DNA of 64,000 bases from Phoronis australis. Taxonomy: Eukaryota > Animalia > Phoronida. The stretch covers positions 231,775 to 295,774 of the forward strand of contig NMRA01000358.1 in NCBI GenBank assembly GCA_002633005.1, written 5' to 3'. Shown here piece by piece: positions 23,480-38,021 of this stretch. The number at the start of each line of letters is the position of its first letter. Within the stretch, counting starts at the first letter, position 1. A model generated the notes under the pieces. That model was not told the origin of the DNA and ran no database searches. It saw only the letters and a program-made list of their open reading frames with translations. A program made the translations under genes and the position numbers.

Positions 23480-25036
23480 AAGAAGTGGTTATTCAGGAAA
23501 CCAAAATATTTTATGAAAAGCTATACAAATATCGACATTCTAACAATACTGCTTGAGAGACTCTTCTTGATAAGGTTTGTGTCTCCAAATTAAATGAGTC
23601 AGAAAAAGAAAATTTAGAAGGTCTTCTTACATATGAAGAAGTCACACAATGCTTGAAAAAAATGAAAAACAAGAGCTCAGGCTCTGACTGTTTTTCAGTG
23701 AAATTTTTACAATATTTTGGGCTGACATTGGACATTTCGTTGTTCGCTCACTTAATACTGGTTTTGCAATTGGCCAGTTATCAACAACACAGAAAGAGGC
23801 AGTGATTACCTGCATCCCTAAGGGAGTAACATCATTTGAAAAACTGGAGACCCATGTGACATATAAATTGGCTTCTTCGGCTGTGGCTGAACGGTTGAAA
23901 CCCGTTTTGGGAAAACTAATCCGTAAGGACCAGACAGGTTTCGTTTCAGGAAGAAATATGAACGAAAATATCCGCGTGCTATATGACTTAATGTTTTATG
24001 TCCAGGCAGCTAACAAACCTGGATTGCTTTTACTGATTGACTTTGAGAAAGCATTTGATTCATTGTCGTAGTAATTTTAAGTCCTGTGTTGTCGTAAATG
24101 GTTACCCATCTTCCTGGTTCAATATTTCGCGTGGCTGCAGACAAGGTGACCCTTTTTCCCCCTACGTTTTCATATTGTGCGCGTAGATTTTGGCGTATTT
24201 AATTAAGAATAATAAAAATATTGCTGGTGTAGTTGCAGGAAATAAGGAATATTTGATTTCACAATATGCGGACGACACGTCAATTACTTTGGATGGGTCG
24301 AACTTGTCATTGACTACCACATTGAATGTACTTCATTTGTTTGCTAGTGTCTCCGGTCTCCAAGTGAATGTGGATAAAACAAAAGCCATTTGGTTTGGAA
24401 GTAAAACTGGTAGTGATGACGTGATTCCTACAAAAGAAAGTTCAGTCTTTAATGACGTTAAGAAACCTTCTAAGTCAGAGTGTAAATGGGAAATAGACTT
24501 AGGAGATAGTTTAGACTGGAAGAAAATATACGCATTGCCTTGTGAAATTACTGTACAAAGGATCCCAACATTAGATGGCTCCAATTTAGAATGCTACACA
24601 GGATTATTGCAACAAATACCTTTTTAGTCAAAATCCGTGTTCGGGATTCTAATTTTTGTTCCTTTTGTAATAAAGCAACAGAGACGCTGTCACACCTTTT
24701 TTGGGAATGTCGCACTGTACAAGATTTCTGGAAGGAATTCGGACAGCTAATGCAAAAGTGTCGCATTCAGCTTCCCAACAGTCTCTCTTACGATCAAGTT
24801 ATTCTTGGACTTTACGAGACGCATGTTAATTACATACAAAAACTTTGTTTATGACAGCTTTTCTGCGAAATGGGAAAAATTCGTTGTTCACGTTAACTAC
24901 ATGCTGAAGTTATATACTTTAAACGATATACGAGAATGGTCTTTCCTGAGGTGTGCATGAGTGAATGAATGGATGTACTTATTTGTTTGTTTGTTTTTGT
25001 ACTGTTTTATAAATGATAATAAATTATTAAAAAAAT
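23480..25036 (+). mobile_element. 5'-truncated, internally deleted L1/Tx1-clade LINE (reverse transcriptase pseudogene)
   Basis: DQTGFVSGR, LLLIDFEKAFDSL, RGCRQGDPFSP, SQYADD, C-terminal CSFC...ETLSHLFWEC; stops and frameshifts; AATAAA and A-rich tail at about 25017-25036. Confidence 0.9.
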
Positions 25037-25399
25037 CACATCCTCAGGGATCATTTTAGGATCGCGAGACTTTTCGACTGCTTAAATACTTATTAAGTAT
25101 GTCTCAACACAAGTACAACAAAGTTTATGCTATTCGGTATTAGTCAAATATCCCTACAATTAATATTAAAGATGAAACTATTATTATCTGGTTATCATAG
25201 TAACATGGATTCACTAGTAAACATAAAAATACGAGACAAACATGAACATCTCCAGCCACACGGCCTATATTTCACCTTTTCAACACTTCTGAATGTAGTT
25301 TCATTTAAGTCAGATTATCTTGTTTTTTAAATTCTGAAGTGAGATTTACGTGTTTTTTTTAAAATTGTTTTGCATGATAATTAAACGTGTCCATCAGGG

Positions 25400-25620
25400 T
25401 GCCTTCGATCGAGAACTCGTTTTTTAAATATTGCATTTTTTACAAACAAAAAGAAAATGATATTCACCTGCAATGATGAGTCTCATTACAACTTTACAGA
25501 ATCGTTCATCAGCCTGAGACCCAGCGAATTTACCCGTTTCAATTTCCAAAGGTGAACTTTTAATATAGTTGAAAAATTTTGTGGACAACCATATTTTCTG
25601 GAACAAGCATGTTCAGAATT
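25400..25620 (-). mobile_element. Decayed LINE ORF2 C-terminal zinc-finger fragment
   Basis: LEIETGKF...ERFCKV...EYHFLFVC in the 25424-25606 ORF. Confidence 0.65.
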
Positions 25621-26938
25621 TTTTTTTAAAACAGCCAAAACTCTTTGTTCTGTGCTCTTTCCGTATAAAACAATTTTTTCATAGACACATTCGTGGTGAC
25701 ATCTACGTTTTTGCATATAAGTACGAGTACTTAATAATTGTGCGATACTAAAGTTATCATTTTTGTAGAAAACAGCTGTAGAAAAAAACAGGACTTTTCG
25801 TCTTGACGACAATTTTAACGAATCTCGCTAAAACTTTTTAGAACCCCCGGCATAACCAGCTATATTTTTGTTGCTATGACATCAATCACCAAGAGATGTT
25901 CCGAGTAACTTGTCTTTAAAATAACTACTTAAAATAGAAAACTTTGTCAACATTAATGTTTGATTAACAACTGCAATCTGCCGTGTAATGTAACAGACTT
26001 ATCATTGTCTTTATTGTTATTACCGGTATTTATTACTTATATACAAAATGTATTTTTACATTGTTGGTGGCCAAGCTTTGCTCTTTGTCTCTTTCTCTCA
26101 CTTTTCTCTCTTTGCATCCCTATACATCCGTATCGCGGATGTTTAATGATGACGTGTCTGGCACTATTATGGCAACTCTTGGACACGGACATAAGCACAC
26201 GAATGCCCAGCCACGATAAAACGCCCAAATGACGTCATATTGGACACGTTTATATAGTTTTTCAGGAAACATGTTTGTTTCCAGAACTTAGTCAATTTAC
26301 GAACAATACCGCATATGTAATGTGGATGTTCAACACGCAATACTTCTGTTAGAAGTGTGCGGAATCTGTGAGCAACGCCAAACATGATGCTGGGCGCAGG
26401 TTGGTATTGCCGGATACGACGAGGATATTTGGTGCTACTTTGCTACGGTCGCACTTGTGCACCAGCACTTAGTTAACTATTTTGTGAAGGAAACTCAGCG
26501 CTCTAAAAATAAAAAAGAATATTAGTGTTACAATATATGTAATAAGGTTAAACAGGCAGTAAACCTATAAATGCATATTGCGACGTAGGTGAAAGGTCAC
26601 AACTAAGGAGACTAACGACTGGTTTTGGATTCTGTGTAAAAACACCTCATTCTGTTCAATATTCGTCAGCTTTGTACGACGTTATCGTGTACATAAAGTT
26701 AAGACAAGATTGTGTTACGAATTTCCAGCGCAAACCATAGTTTGGGGATAATTTCACTGTTTAGTCGCTCTCGTCAAACTTTGAGAGACTATGGAGTATC
26801 ACGGATGTCCTCGTAGTCGTATAGTCGTATCTTCCATTCATTTCGCTCAAAATACGTTTAAATTTTAGTAGTTTGTACATTTCAAAGTAAAGCATACTAT
26901 GACAGTTTATTGTTTTACTTAAAGTGAAACCACACTTG

Positions 26939-27331
26939 GGCCTGGAGTCTAATCTTTTTACTCAAGATGGAACTCAAAATTGTTTTTGTCATTTTCTTTG
27001 GTAACACATTATTCTGTTCTCCAGTACACAGAGGCTTAGGCTGATAACTACCTAATCCTAGTTTGCACTTATTGACGTCAGGCTAAGGCTAAAGTTTCGA
27101 GCATAATACTTGAAATTTCGAGTTTTTACTGGAAATCTAGAGTTTTTACTCAAGTTTAAGCTCGAATCTAGGGGTCATCAAGTACGAACTTGGTCTAGAA
27201 TCTCATTTGCATAGACAATAATTTATTTGAACACAGAATATAGGACACTTATCTTGCATTCGCAAAAGTATAGCGGAAAATGACAAAATAATTTCGTGCT
27301 TGAGTTAGAGTAAAAAGATTAGACCCCGGCC
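26939..27331. mobile_element. PIF/Harbinger-like MITE
   Basis: TIR GGCCTGGAGTCTAATCTTTTTACTC / GAGTAAAAAGATTAGACCCCGGCC; 3-bp TSD TTG. Confidence 0.75.
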
Positions 27332-27488
27332 TTGATCTCAGGATCGTCAGATCGGAACTTTAAGGTCACTCAACCAATCATGACGAGATCAAGAAACGAA
27401 GACGTTTATAAGCTTTCAAACACCAGCAAAGCATGATGAACCTGTCTTTTTATGTAAAAATAATGAATTAATGTATTAATAATCCCCA

Positions 27489-27536
27489 CAGAACTACTTG
27501 CAGAACTACTTGCAGAACTACTTGCAGAACTACTTG
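27489..27536. repeat. Minisatellite (CAGAACTACTTG)x4
   Basis: Four perfect 12-bp units. Confidence 0.95.
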
Positions 27537-30500
27537 CTTAATCTTGAGATAGCTTGAACAAACTCGGAATTCCATGTATGTTGACATTCCAAGTTCACAT
27601 ACGTAATAGGACAATCACATAGAATGTGTTTGTTTCGGGGCACGATCTAATTGATTTGACGTAGCCGGCTCACAATAAAGTGCTGTCCATACATAAGTTT
27701 TTAAAATTAGCAGGTGCGTTTGACAATAATTTAAAATGGAAATGTTATGACTGAAGGGGTTCCGAGCATTAGCCAATCAAAAGTGGCCAACACGTTCATT
27801 ATTCGTAAAAAAGGAAAGACTTAACAGATTGGTCGTTCAGATACGGCGTGTACTGAAGTCAGTGGTAAACGGCCACAGAGTAGATACGAAATTTCATCTT
27901 CCATGCATACGTTTACATGGTTTATGTTCGAGAAACATATTTCAAGTGTCTTAAAATTCTGTTAAAAAGATTAGGGGCGTAATTGGCATTAAATTCGTTG
28001 GACAATCTTATATTTTAGTATATAGAAATTTTCCTACACTATAACGTCACACGGAAATTGACGAATGAGCTCGGTAAAATGAGTCGTCAACTTACGCCAT
28101 CAGTGAAACAGGGTAGAGTTCAGTAGCTGTCTCTCAGCAAAAAAATCCAGTCAAATTCATGTGTTCTCATTTAATATACACGGCAATATCTCGCGTTGTC
28201 TTGCAAAGTTTTGTTTTCAAGTGAGATACTTTCATCCAGGTCACTTGACCATCCTCACAGGCCAACTGACTTCTTTCCATATGTAACTGAATACGTAACA
28301 AACACGTACCAGTACGCATTCAACGCCTCGTTTGCAGTAAATTCCGTAAAAATGTCTTATTTTGTAATAACAGTAAATGTAATAACAGAGGCTGTTTCGT
28401 CTTTTCCTACTAAAACCGTGCTCCATGGTCACGCAGTTCAAACACAGACTGCTTGTCATGTCTAGCAGCAGTCAGATACATTTGTGCACTGTTTGCTAAG
28501 TATGGTTCACGTGACAAATAACAAGCAAAATTTCTCTTCGGGTCGAAATGGTGACGTAGCTGCTCTACGTGTTTTTTTCAAAACGATGTAACAGTGCGTT
28601 CTTTACGGCCAGTAACTTCACGATAGATTGGTAATAAAATCAGTTTGACGGGTATTCTGTCTGAATTTGATGTGCGACATCCAGATGCATACGACCATTC
28701 AGAGCAGAAATGACAAGGTGTTCCGTCCACGGTAAAGCTTGTTGGTATGCGATTGTGTGTGGCTCCGTGTGATAATGTGGAAATGATTTTGGGTCACAAT
28801 ATTAGGCTAACGCATTACCAAGACTTACCGGCAGATCCCTTTTAAGCTGTATGAGTTGTATATTAGTAATACACAATGAAATTAGTCATTCTCCAGACAC
28901 CAAACACGGGGGGAAATCAAACCTTTAAGAATTATTTTATCAACAAGTAGTGCTTATAAAATCACAAATCACGCGTGAGTGACGTTTATCTGCTGCCATA
29001 AAACGCATTGGTTACAGGAAGGTTTATATGAAAAACACTGTATTATCAGGGTATTCAAAATGGCTCTTTTCAATATTGATCCTAATTTACACAAAGACAC
29101 CGTTTGCGTGACTGCAAAATAATATACTTTCCGAGTTAATTTCACTTTCATTCGTAAAAGTCAAAATATCCAAATTATTGTTGAACAAGACAATTTCGCC
29201 CCTTTTTAGCTGTCACTGTTCAATTCTTGTCCGAATTGCTTTGTAGTTTAAAACATGACCATGTTTATCCGATCTTGAGTGGGTTCGGAATGAGCCGGTA
29301 TATCAAGTCATGGGCCATTTTCTACTCCTCAGCGTTCAAGACTGGGCCGACCCCAGTAAACCCTAAAGCGTGTACTCGAGCCAGCGGTGGTTCACGTTGG
29401 TAACGGGTTTAGAATACTATCATGATGAGGAGACTCAATGCCCAATTCGATTTTCATTTTTAATCCAGCTAAGTAGGGCAAAATGCAGCTTTGAGTTATC
29501 AAAAAATATATTCACTAGTCCTTTAGTTATGCCTTTGTTTTTCGTCAACAGACACATCGATGCGCTGATGCTTGAAAAGCTCGTAGCCCTGGTTTGTGAA
29601 AATGCGTGCAAACCCCAATTAAATACGCGCTGATACGCCGTAAAATGTAACAACTGCTACATTTTTCGTTGCTGGGCCTCTCCTAAAATGTAAAAAGTTG
29701 TTACATTTTATATAATTGTTACAATTTACGTCGAATGCACATGCGAGAAGTGTACCATTGTTACATTTTACGAAAGTGACGCCATATTTCATGCGTTTGC
29801 ATGGTATTTGTCACACCGAGGAAAACGGTTCCAACACTTAATGCCTTCTTTCTCGGATTGTTTGAATGAAATTCTATCAAATGTGCCGGCTCGAATTTAT
29901 AGACGTGTCCCTATGTGCTTTCTACTGTTTTATAACATGAGCACTTTCTTGGTATAGTCAGAAAATGTACCCGTACAGTTTCAACTGCAGACGAAAGGCG
30001 TTTCCAGGATCAAAACGTTCTTGCAATCTTTTGTTGGCACTCACAAGTCACATCCAATTGCGTGTCCGGCATTACAGTAAACACACTTCCCTTGGTACCC
30101 TGTAAGCACAACAGAAACAATGACATCGTATTTTGGCTAATATTTATCACGTCTTTTCGGGAACAAACGACGATAACAATTTTCACGGAGAATTCGATTT
30201 CGGAAGCCAATTTGATAGAAAAAATACCCGTTTTATTCCACGATAGTTTGGTTTATTTCAGCCAGTTTTTTATTGCCTTGGAGTCATCGCTAATGCTCCA
30301 CACAAAAGGGGCAAGACCAAAGTCTCTACCACCTTAGTTACGAATGACAATTTCTTAAAGACTTTGGAAGGAAATAAAAGCACACATTTATTTGCGGCAG
30401 GTTGACTGATTTTGCCAGTGCAACAGCAAAAGAACGTCTTTAAGAAGGCGGAGCCGATAGTTTAAAAAGTGGCGGCATAGTAACGCCTTTTAAAAAGCTA

Positions 30501-31083
30501 AAAGTTGGAAGAACTTTCATTGTTCATATGATGTCAGACCTGTCTGAAATAGTGGAGGTAACAACTGATCATACCGTGACGTGTATACGTAAAAATAAGA
30601 AGCCTATATGGGGAAAAAGAAAATATTTTGCCGCTCTGAAAGGACACAATCATTTTGCTTATACCGTGTCCAGGTTGCTAGTTAAAAGAGGCAATGGTCC
30701 GAAAAAGCTGACTGTCGGCATTTCGGACTACAAAAACATGCAATTTCTCTTTCCATGATGTTTGAAGATAAAATATCAATTAAAAATTGCTATTTAGTCT
30801 ATGTTCCTTAGTCCATATAAATGAAGACAGACATTGGACATTCTATTATTAATGACTGTGAAGCCACGTGTCTCATGAGGCGCAATTTTGTGTGTTTCTC
30901 GCTGTCGACAACACGCTTGGTTGTAGGCAGATAAGGAACTTTGGTATATTAACCGTTTTGCTACATCGCGTAAAAAGCGCATGTTAAACTTTGCTGCATG
31001 ATTTCGACTTTGGCCGTTTTGTTCCTTACAACCCACTTTCAATGAAATCTAGTTCAAATCACTTAGTTAAATCACTGAATATT

Positions 31084-31251
31084 GGGGCCCGTTCCACATA
31101 AAAGTAGTGCGTGTTTTGTATGTCCGTTACCAGCCATTCTAATGACCCGGTGACCGCAGCCATAGCCGACTAGTCGCTGGTTCTCGAAAAATGTCTACCC
31201 CCAGAATTCAACTTAAAGCAATTTTTGAGCTTATATCGTGGAACGGGCCCC
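31084..31251. mobile_element. Short MITE (Harbinger-like)
   Basis: TIR GGGGCCCGTTCCAC / GTGGAACGGGCCCC. Confidence 0.7.
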
Positions 31252-31821
31252 AGTTCTTTGAAAAGGGATGTTTTCAACAAGAGACAAAAACGATAAGACA
31301 GTGGGTATCCTCACGTTTAGGTGTAAGTCGCAAGTAAAAGATTACAGTCTGAATTCAGTTCTTCGTGGCAAACTACAGAAGGATATAGTTGAATTTACAA
31401 ACAATACTTTGCTTGCCGATAGATCAGAAATAATCAAATTTTGAAATAACGCAAGATTTTTAATCTCAACACCCTCGTTTCCGAAAAGTAGGCCTACTCT
31501 GCATCCACAGCTGTCACAATATCGTTAAGGCTGAACATACGAACCTCTTAAAGCACTCGCTGTCCATTATGATTACCCAGTGAAAACATTGAACCATAAA
31601 TGAGATGATTTTTTAAATCTTTGAGTACCATGATGTATTAGCACTTTTCTAAAACATATATTATTTATATGGCAGTGTGTCCGTGTCCTTGTTAAATAAA
31701 TTCAATAATAATAGTAATAGCAGGAAGAGATAACCAGGATGGTTATCTCTTCCTGGTAGCAGTGATAACGATTTCGATAACGAGTAATAATAGTGAAAGT
31801 AGTAATAGTAGTAATGGTAGT

Positions 31822-34085
31822 GGGCAATTCCATTTGTGACGGACGTACAATCGGAGAACATTTTGATCAATTGTGAAAAAAATGTTCATCCTAGGAAAAT
31901 GATTAATACATCAGTGGATAGGTCCCCTATCTTTTAATCTGACTGAGCAACTTGCCTGTAAGGGTGTGTGACGGACATACGCAGAGAATTTGAATTTAAA
32001 AAAAAATAACGTTAATTTTCTGTGAGGTGCATTAAGTTAATACAATTTTTGTTTTAAATGATGATTAAGTGGAATGTTTGCAAAGTACAACAAACTAATT
32101 TTTTGATATCTTCTAAGCAAATTTTGTCACAGAGCTCGAATAAGTTGAGTTAGTGTGACGGACGTATGTGACGGACGTATGTGATGGACGTATGTGACGG
32201 ATGTATGTGACGGACTATGTGACGGATGTACACTCTGAATTTCTAGTATTAAATTGTTTGTTGTGACTAAGATATCAATTCAGAATGATTCAAGCTTTTG
32301 CAGTATTTAAGCTATATTGGTCTTTTGCTACTAATTCAATGTTTTTGATATCGATTGACCTTTTGCTGAAAATCATCACAGGTAGGCCTATGCTAGGAAT
32401 ATACTATAGGATTTTAACTTTTCAATTCATTTGATTAAGGATATAAAACAATCCCCTAAAATCTTCACTTCCCTTTTGAAGTTTGTAAGCAATATAGATG
32501 GGAATGAGAGCGATAATCATTTTGTATTTGACAGCTGTTAGTTATCAGGAAAACCTGTTTTTATGCGTTAAACAGAATACTAATGCCTTCTTTTCAAATT
32601 TGAAGAGAGGCTTTAAATAGTGTCACAGCACAGTACGCGCAAGTATTATGAATTTCTTGATCCACGATGGCATTTTTTTTTCGAGTTTCCGAGAATATTT
32701 CGGCCGATATTTATTCTTCTCCATGTTGCACAAGTTCTACCCGTGTTCTCCAACAATTTCCTCTATCGTTTCTAAATATCCTCAAAGCTCAGCAGAAAAA
32801 AATGTCTAATCATTAAAAAGATTGAGGAATAAAAATATGTAAGATGAGACAATGTAATCATTTCCTATGAAATCATTTTATACAAGCCACTCAATGACCT
32901 AATACAATGAAAGACATAAAAAGAGTGACTACAGTCTGTGAAATGCTAAATAAAGTAGGTGACAGGTTCCTGCCGCTTAAAAATGCCTAGTATCGACTTT
33001 TTCAACACAAAACACAGTATAGAAGGTCAGAGCCGAAATAACTTGTTGATTCCAGCGCAATAGCAACTTGACATGTATTCCTTTAGGTCTCTTGTTGTTT
33101 ATACTCTAGAGCACCTTAAGAATTCTTTTGTGTGCATATTTTTGCATCCTAAATTTCCCAAAATCTAAGCATTTCTTTGCAAACACAGGGTACCAACAGA
33201 AAAACAATAAGCTCATTAAATTAACATTTTGTTTTATTTACATTTTATAATGTGGTCAAACTGTCTGATTTTAATAAGTTGAATTCTTCTAAGAATAACT
33301 AGATGACATTGTAAACTATAACTTTTCTGCAAATACTTTTGAAATTGAAGAAGTCCTATGCATTTAGTTTAAATCTATAGCAATTTCTTTGCATAATTTT
33401 AAAGCTGCCTTTGTGATATTCTATCGTTTTAAGGATCTTAGGTGTGGGATACATTTATCTTCTGCAAGTTTAAAAAGAAAAAATATGACCTAAGATTATT
33501 GGATAAAAAATTGTAATCTCATGGGTGTGACGGACGGACGTCACGGTCGTACAAATTTGTTGTACGTCTGTCACGCAAGTTCTAACTTAACGAATAATCC
33601 CTGGGATCTAAAAAATTTTGGTCAATAGTATTGAGTAACAAGTTAAAAGAGAATCTGAAATTATTTTAATTTTGATTGAACACTTTTAAAGTAACTAAAC
33701 TTTTTAACACTTTTTTGTGACGGACGTACGGCACCATGATATCCAGGAGTTGAACTTTGATCCCAAATGGTCTATGATGTGCTAAAGTTGAAATATTTTT
33801 TGTAAAGTTTGGGGCTCTTGTGATTGAACAAATTTGACAGTAGAGTGAAATACCCATAATTAGCTTTTCATGACAATAATTAGCAACAAACATGAAAATT
33901 GAGCTAATTTTCAGAGTCAAAGGACCCCAAAAATGGGTCTATTTAGGGAAAAATGGAAATTTATAGGACAATCAAATATGAATCCTGAAACTAGAAAGAT
34001 TGGGATTTCAGGTGAGACCAGAAATGTTAGTGTAGCCACAATTTTAATTTTTTGTCTCGAGGTGGACCTTTTCACGTTATTGCCC
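31822..34085. mobile_element. Unclassified non-autonomous DNA transposon inserted in a (TAG/TAA)n tract
   Basis: Short termini GGGCAAT / ATTGCCC; the microsatellite resumes on both sides; dispersed TGTGACGGAC motifs and a 13-bp tandem array at 32155-32230. Confidence 0.6.
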
Positions 34086-34777
34086 TAGTAATAGCAGTAA
34101 TAGTAATGTAAGAGTCATAAAAATGATAATGGGTAGCCAGATTTATGCCGTGTCAGCTCGGAGGGCATTCCCTATAGAAGAGGTATACGAAAAGTGTCGC
34201 ACACAAGGGTATTTTTTCACAGCAAATAAATAAGATGGCACCATTTTCAATGAAATATTATCTAAAAGGGTGCTTTTTCTGAATTTCTGGAACATAACTG
34301 TGGAAAAAGTGAATTTTTACGCAAAATTAGTCAGTAAATGGGTCATTTTTTTGTCCATGCTCACTCTCTAACTGGGTAGGTATTCAAATTTTTCGGTCGG
34401 CATCCCTCGTCCAAAAATACTCAAGTACCCATCCGGTCGTGTCAAATACCACTTGTTCGTGATTTTGGTCATTTTCTTTGTAATATGACGTTGGTTTCGT
34501 AAAATGTAACAATGGTACATTTTTCGCATGTGCACTTGACGTGAAATGTAATAACTACGCCAAATGTAACAACTTGTTACATTTTAGGAGACGCTTAGCA
34601 ACGTAACATGTAACAGTTGTTACATTTTACGAAATTGTTCATTTTACGCGTATCAATGCGTTCGTGTTCTGTATACGGCTAACTGATTGCGGATAAATGT
34701 CGTTTCGATTATATCCGCTTGTGTTTCAGCTGTGCGTGTGTGTCAAAAAGACGCGGTGGTATGGTTACTACATATAT

Positions 34778-36292
34778 ATCAGGTGTTTTTGACAAGTTAT
34801 TTCTCAGCAACGGATAAACTGATTTTTTTATTTAAATTTCTTACAGATGAACCTCAGGATATCATCAATAATTGTTCAAAATATCAAAGAGATCTGTATC
34901 CAATTACGCTAGTATTGTAAAATTAAAAACATCAGGTCAAAAAGTAAAATATCAAAGGGAAGCTCACTTATTTCAGTCTACGCTCAATGTGGCCTCTATC
35001 TTCCTCCACGACTAAAAGGAGCCTTTACTTCCAACCAGAAATACTTTTCCGTATTACTTCTATCGAGATTTCCTCCCATGGCCCAATTATCAGTCAATTT
35101 GCCGCTCATTCCCCGGTAAACTTCCTCCTTCAGAGAAAACCTTATGGCATAGTCCATTGGATTGCAGTCAGGACTGAGCGGAAACCACGCATCCTTTTTG
35201 ATTAATTTTGGCGTGGCCTCCTGGAGATGAGCCTGGGTTGCCTTACTCGTGTATGAAGGAGTCCCATCTTGTTGAAACGTAATTGTCTCCAGGATTAAGT
35301 CGCCTGCAATCCGGGTAAAGATTTCCATCCAATAACTGCATGTAGCGTTAACTGTTAACTTTGGGTCTATCAGTGTCAATAAAATGTTTTCTTTCCAAAT
35401 ACTCCGGCGGAAAAAAATCTCATGATAGTATAGCGAAGGCTGAATTTCTCATTTTTGTTTCCCATAAACACGATCGTTTTGGCGATTTTTAGCGATTTCT
35501 AGCGTGAAGTTATTTTCATCAGTGATCAAAATGATCCTTTTCACATGAGTGGATAAATGGCGGTCATGCAAGTAGTTGCATCGTTTTTCTTTCCCTTTTA
35601 AAATTTTGGTCTCCCGTGATACCCGCATTCTTTTGAATGGTTTTAACTCCAGTTTTTTCGCCATTCTTTACTTAGAAGATTTGCTCACTTCTAAATCCCT
35701 TGCGACATCTCTCAGCGATTTGTGGTTACCCGGGTTGTCCTCCAGGGATTGAATCAGTTCCTCAACACGATCCTCGTTTTGTTTTGAACATGCAGTCTTG
35801 AATCTCGCACTGCCACTTTTACGCGCAACAGACCCTGTGTTGCGTATTTTAGCCATAAGGCTATTTACAGTCGCACGGTGGAACTCGCTTACGATTCTTC
35901 TTCCGCTCTACCCATACTCCTTGAAACAAATTTCAATTGTAAATTTATCACTTTTACTCAAAGACAACGTTACAAATCGGAATATTGGACAGACCTGATT
36001 TGGATGTAGATCTGACAATAAAAAACAGTAGATTTGAAACCCAGGCAGGCAATTTTGACCGGCAGGTGCCAGCAAAGCATGAACACGATGAAAGTCACAA
36101 TGATATTGCGTTTTTCACCCTGCTGTTTTAAATTTCCCAGTACTTCCATAATTTTTTACATTTTTCTAAGATACTTTGTAGAATTGTTAACGACACACTG
36201 AAAACACATTGTGAAAGATTGGAACGAGTTCTATTGGTCAATTGCTCAAAAACTGCTTGTGAAAGTGGATTATTTTTGGGACACCTAGTGTA
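34778..36292 (-). mobile_element. Decayed Tc1/mariner transposon, DD37D (maT) type
   Basis: Frameshifted transposase: HTH (TGSVARKSGS...SLRDVARDLEVSKSS), ITDE...NRQNDRVYG, FQQDG...SPDCNPMDY with 37 residues between the last two Asp. TIRs are degenerate, so ends are approximate. Confidence 0.85.
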
Positions 36293-37039
36293 GATAATAG
36301 AGAGAACATTAACGTTGTTACCCACTTATTTTCAACAAATGACTCAATTGGATAAGTATATTTATGAAAATAATACAGATACACCTTTTCCGTCAACGAA
36401 TTTCTCGGTTTCCTTCAAACGATGGATATATTTCTACACTGAATGTGTTATTACAGTTTCTATGGAACGGAAGGCTCGTTACTGACGTCTCACAGCTTCC
36501 AATGGAGTCAACAACTACATACACTACATGTTTCTGTGCCCAGTTGCATGAAATAGTCCCAAATAGGGATTCAAGTAAGTTCCCTAAATATTTTGCGTAT
36601 TTGTGTCATTATTTACTCTCACATATAATCCCTTTCTCTCATTTTACCTTAATTATAATCTCCTCTTGGACTACCGACATTTTTTAAAAATATAACTAAA
36701 AAGTAAGGCCTTAGTTCAACAAAAATCAACAAGGAATTAGCCCTTAAAGCAGGGGCGTTGCATGAAAAGATCCCTACTTATTTTCAGTAATATAGAAAAT
36801 TCAAGGTTGATTTCACTATCGATTTGTATCAAAGCCAAAGATTGAATGAAAGTAAAACAGCGTAAGAAAGGGCAGTCAGTGCTTTCAACTGCACGAGCTC
36901 TGGTGTCAAAGAGCGCAGAAAATAACGGAGAGATTCTCAGCATTATCCAGTGTTTAAAACCGCTGAGACGCAGAAAAACGTTTTCAGATTTTAACTGACA
37001 TTTGTAGCGATGTCTATGCACGAACATCGCATCTTATGC

Positions 37040-37290
37040 ACGAATCACCTACGAACCCATGAATCATGCGTACGAACCCAAAAATCACGCCTATGAACAA
37101 AAATCATGCGCACGAACTACAAATAATCATGCATACGAACTCAAAATCTTACACACTAGCATCGAATCACTTGCACGAACACACCGTTATGATTCGTGCG
37201 TATGCTTCGGATGCTCGTGCGCATGATTTTTGTTCGTATGCGTGATATTTGGGTTCGTACGCATGATTCATGGGTTCGTAGGTGGTCCGT
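37040..37290. mobile_element. Foldback MITE built of about 21-22-bp ACGAACCCA-containing repeats
   Basis: Left arm 37043-37140 is the reverse complement of 37195-37290; related one-armed copy at 42980-43205. Confidence 0.7.
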
Positions 37291-38021
37291 GTGTATCAGT
37301 GATTCCATGATCCCCTGGAATTGGTATTCAAGTGTGCTACTTGGTTTTCGGCATCGTGTTAATCTCATTTCATCCATTTAAAGATGGTAATCATGTAAGA
37401 TTGAGTCGTTTACTCAATAGTCGGATATAAATTGCCTGCATTTAGAGAACCAGTTTGATGTCCCTTGTTTTGTGGAGAAAACTCTGTCTGGTTCTCTAAA
37501 TGCAGGAACGTTACATACGACTATTACCGTTTACTCTGTAGGTACTTTCTTAGTACTGTCACAACATTTCCAACGTCTGTTCACAATTCGTTAATTTCAA
37601 AAATAATAGTGTCATTGACGTCATTGTTTCAACCCGTCAGACTTAGCCGCAGCAATCATGCGACGTGACAGCCACAGTACAGGAAAATGTGGTGCTTAAT
37701 TTTACTTTCACTTATATTGTTACGGGACGACTCACAATTACAGTAAAACTCGAGCAAGCCAGCTCCAACCAATGAACCAAGATATTTTGTGAGGCAAAAT
37801 TCTTGCAATCAGAAGGTCCCAGTGTTCTAACTAGAACAGCCGTACCTTGGAATTTAATACAAGTTAAAGGGAACGTCGAGACTTATGTATGTTTTAGGGT
37901 ATCAACATTTCATGAGTGCAAGATTTAAATTGTATAAATGCATTCAGTGGTGCCATAACATGTTGACGTTATTAGTTTGTACATGGAGAGGTAGAATCAG
38001 TGGAACTGCTTTGATTGAATT

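Noticed and set aside
32155-32230. Short regular repeats (also 1990-2080, 27489-27536, 37040-37290) as CRISPR-like arrays
   Set aside because: Head-to-tail units with no unique spacers, no cas genes, and a eukaryotic context.
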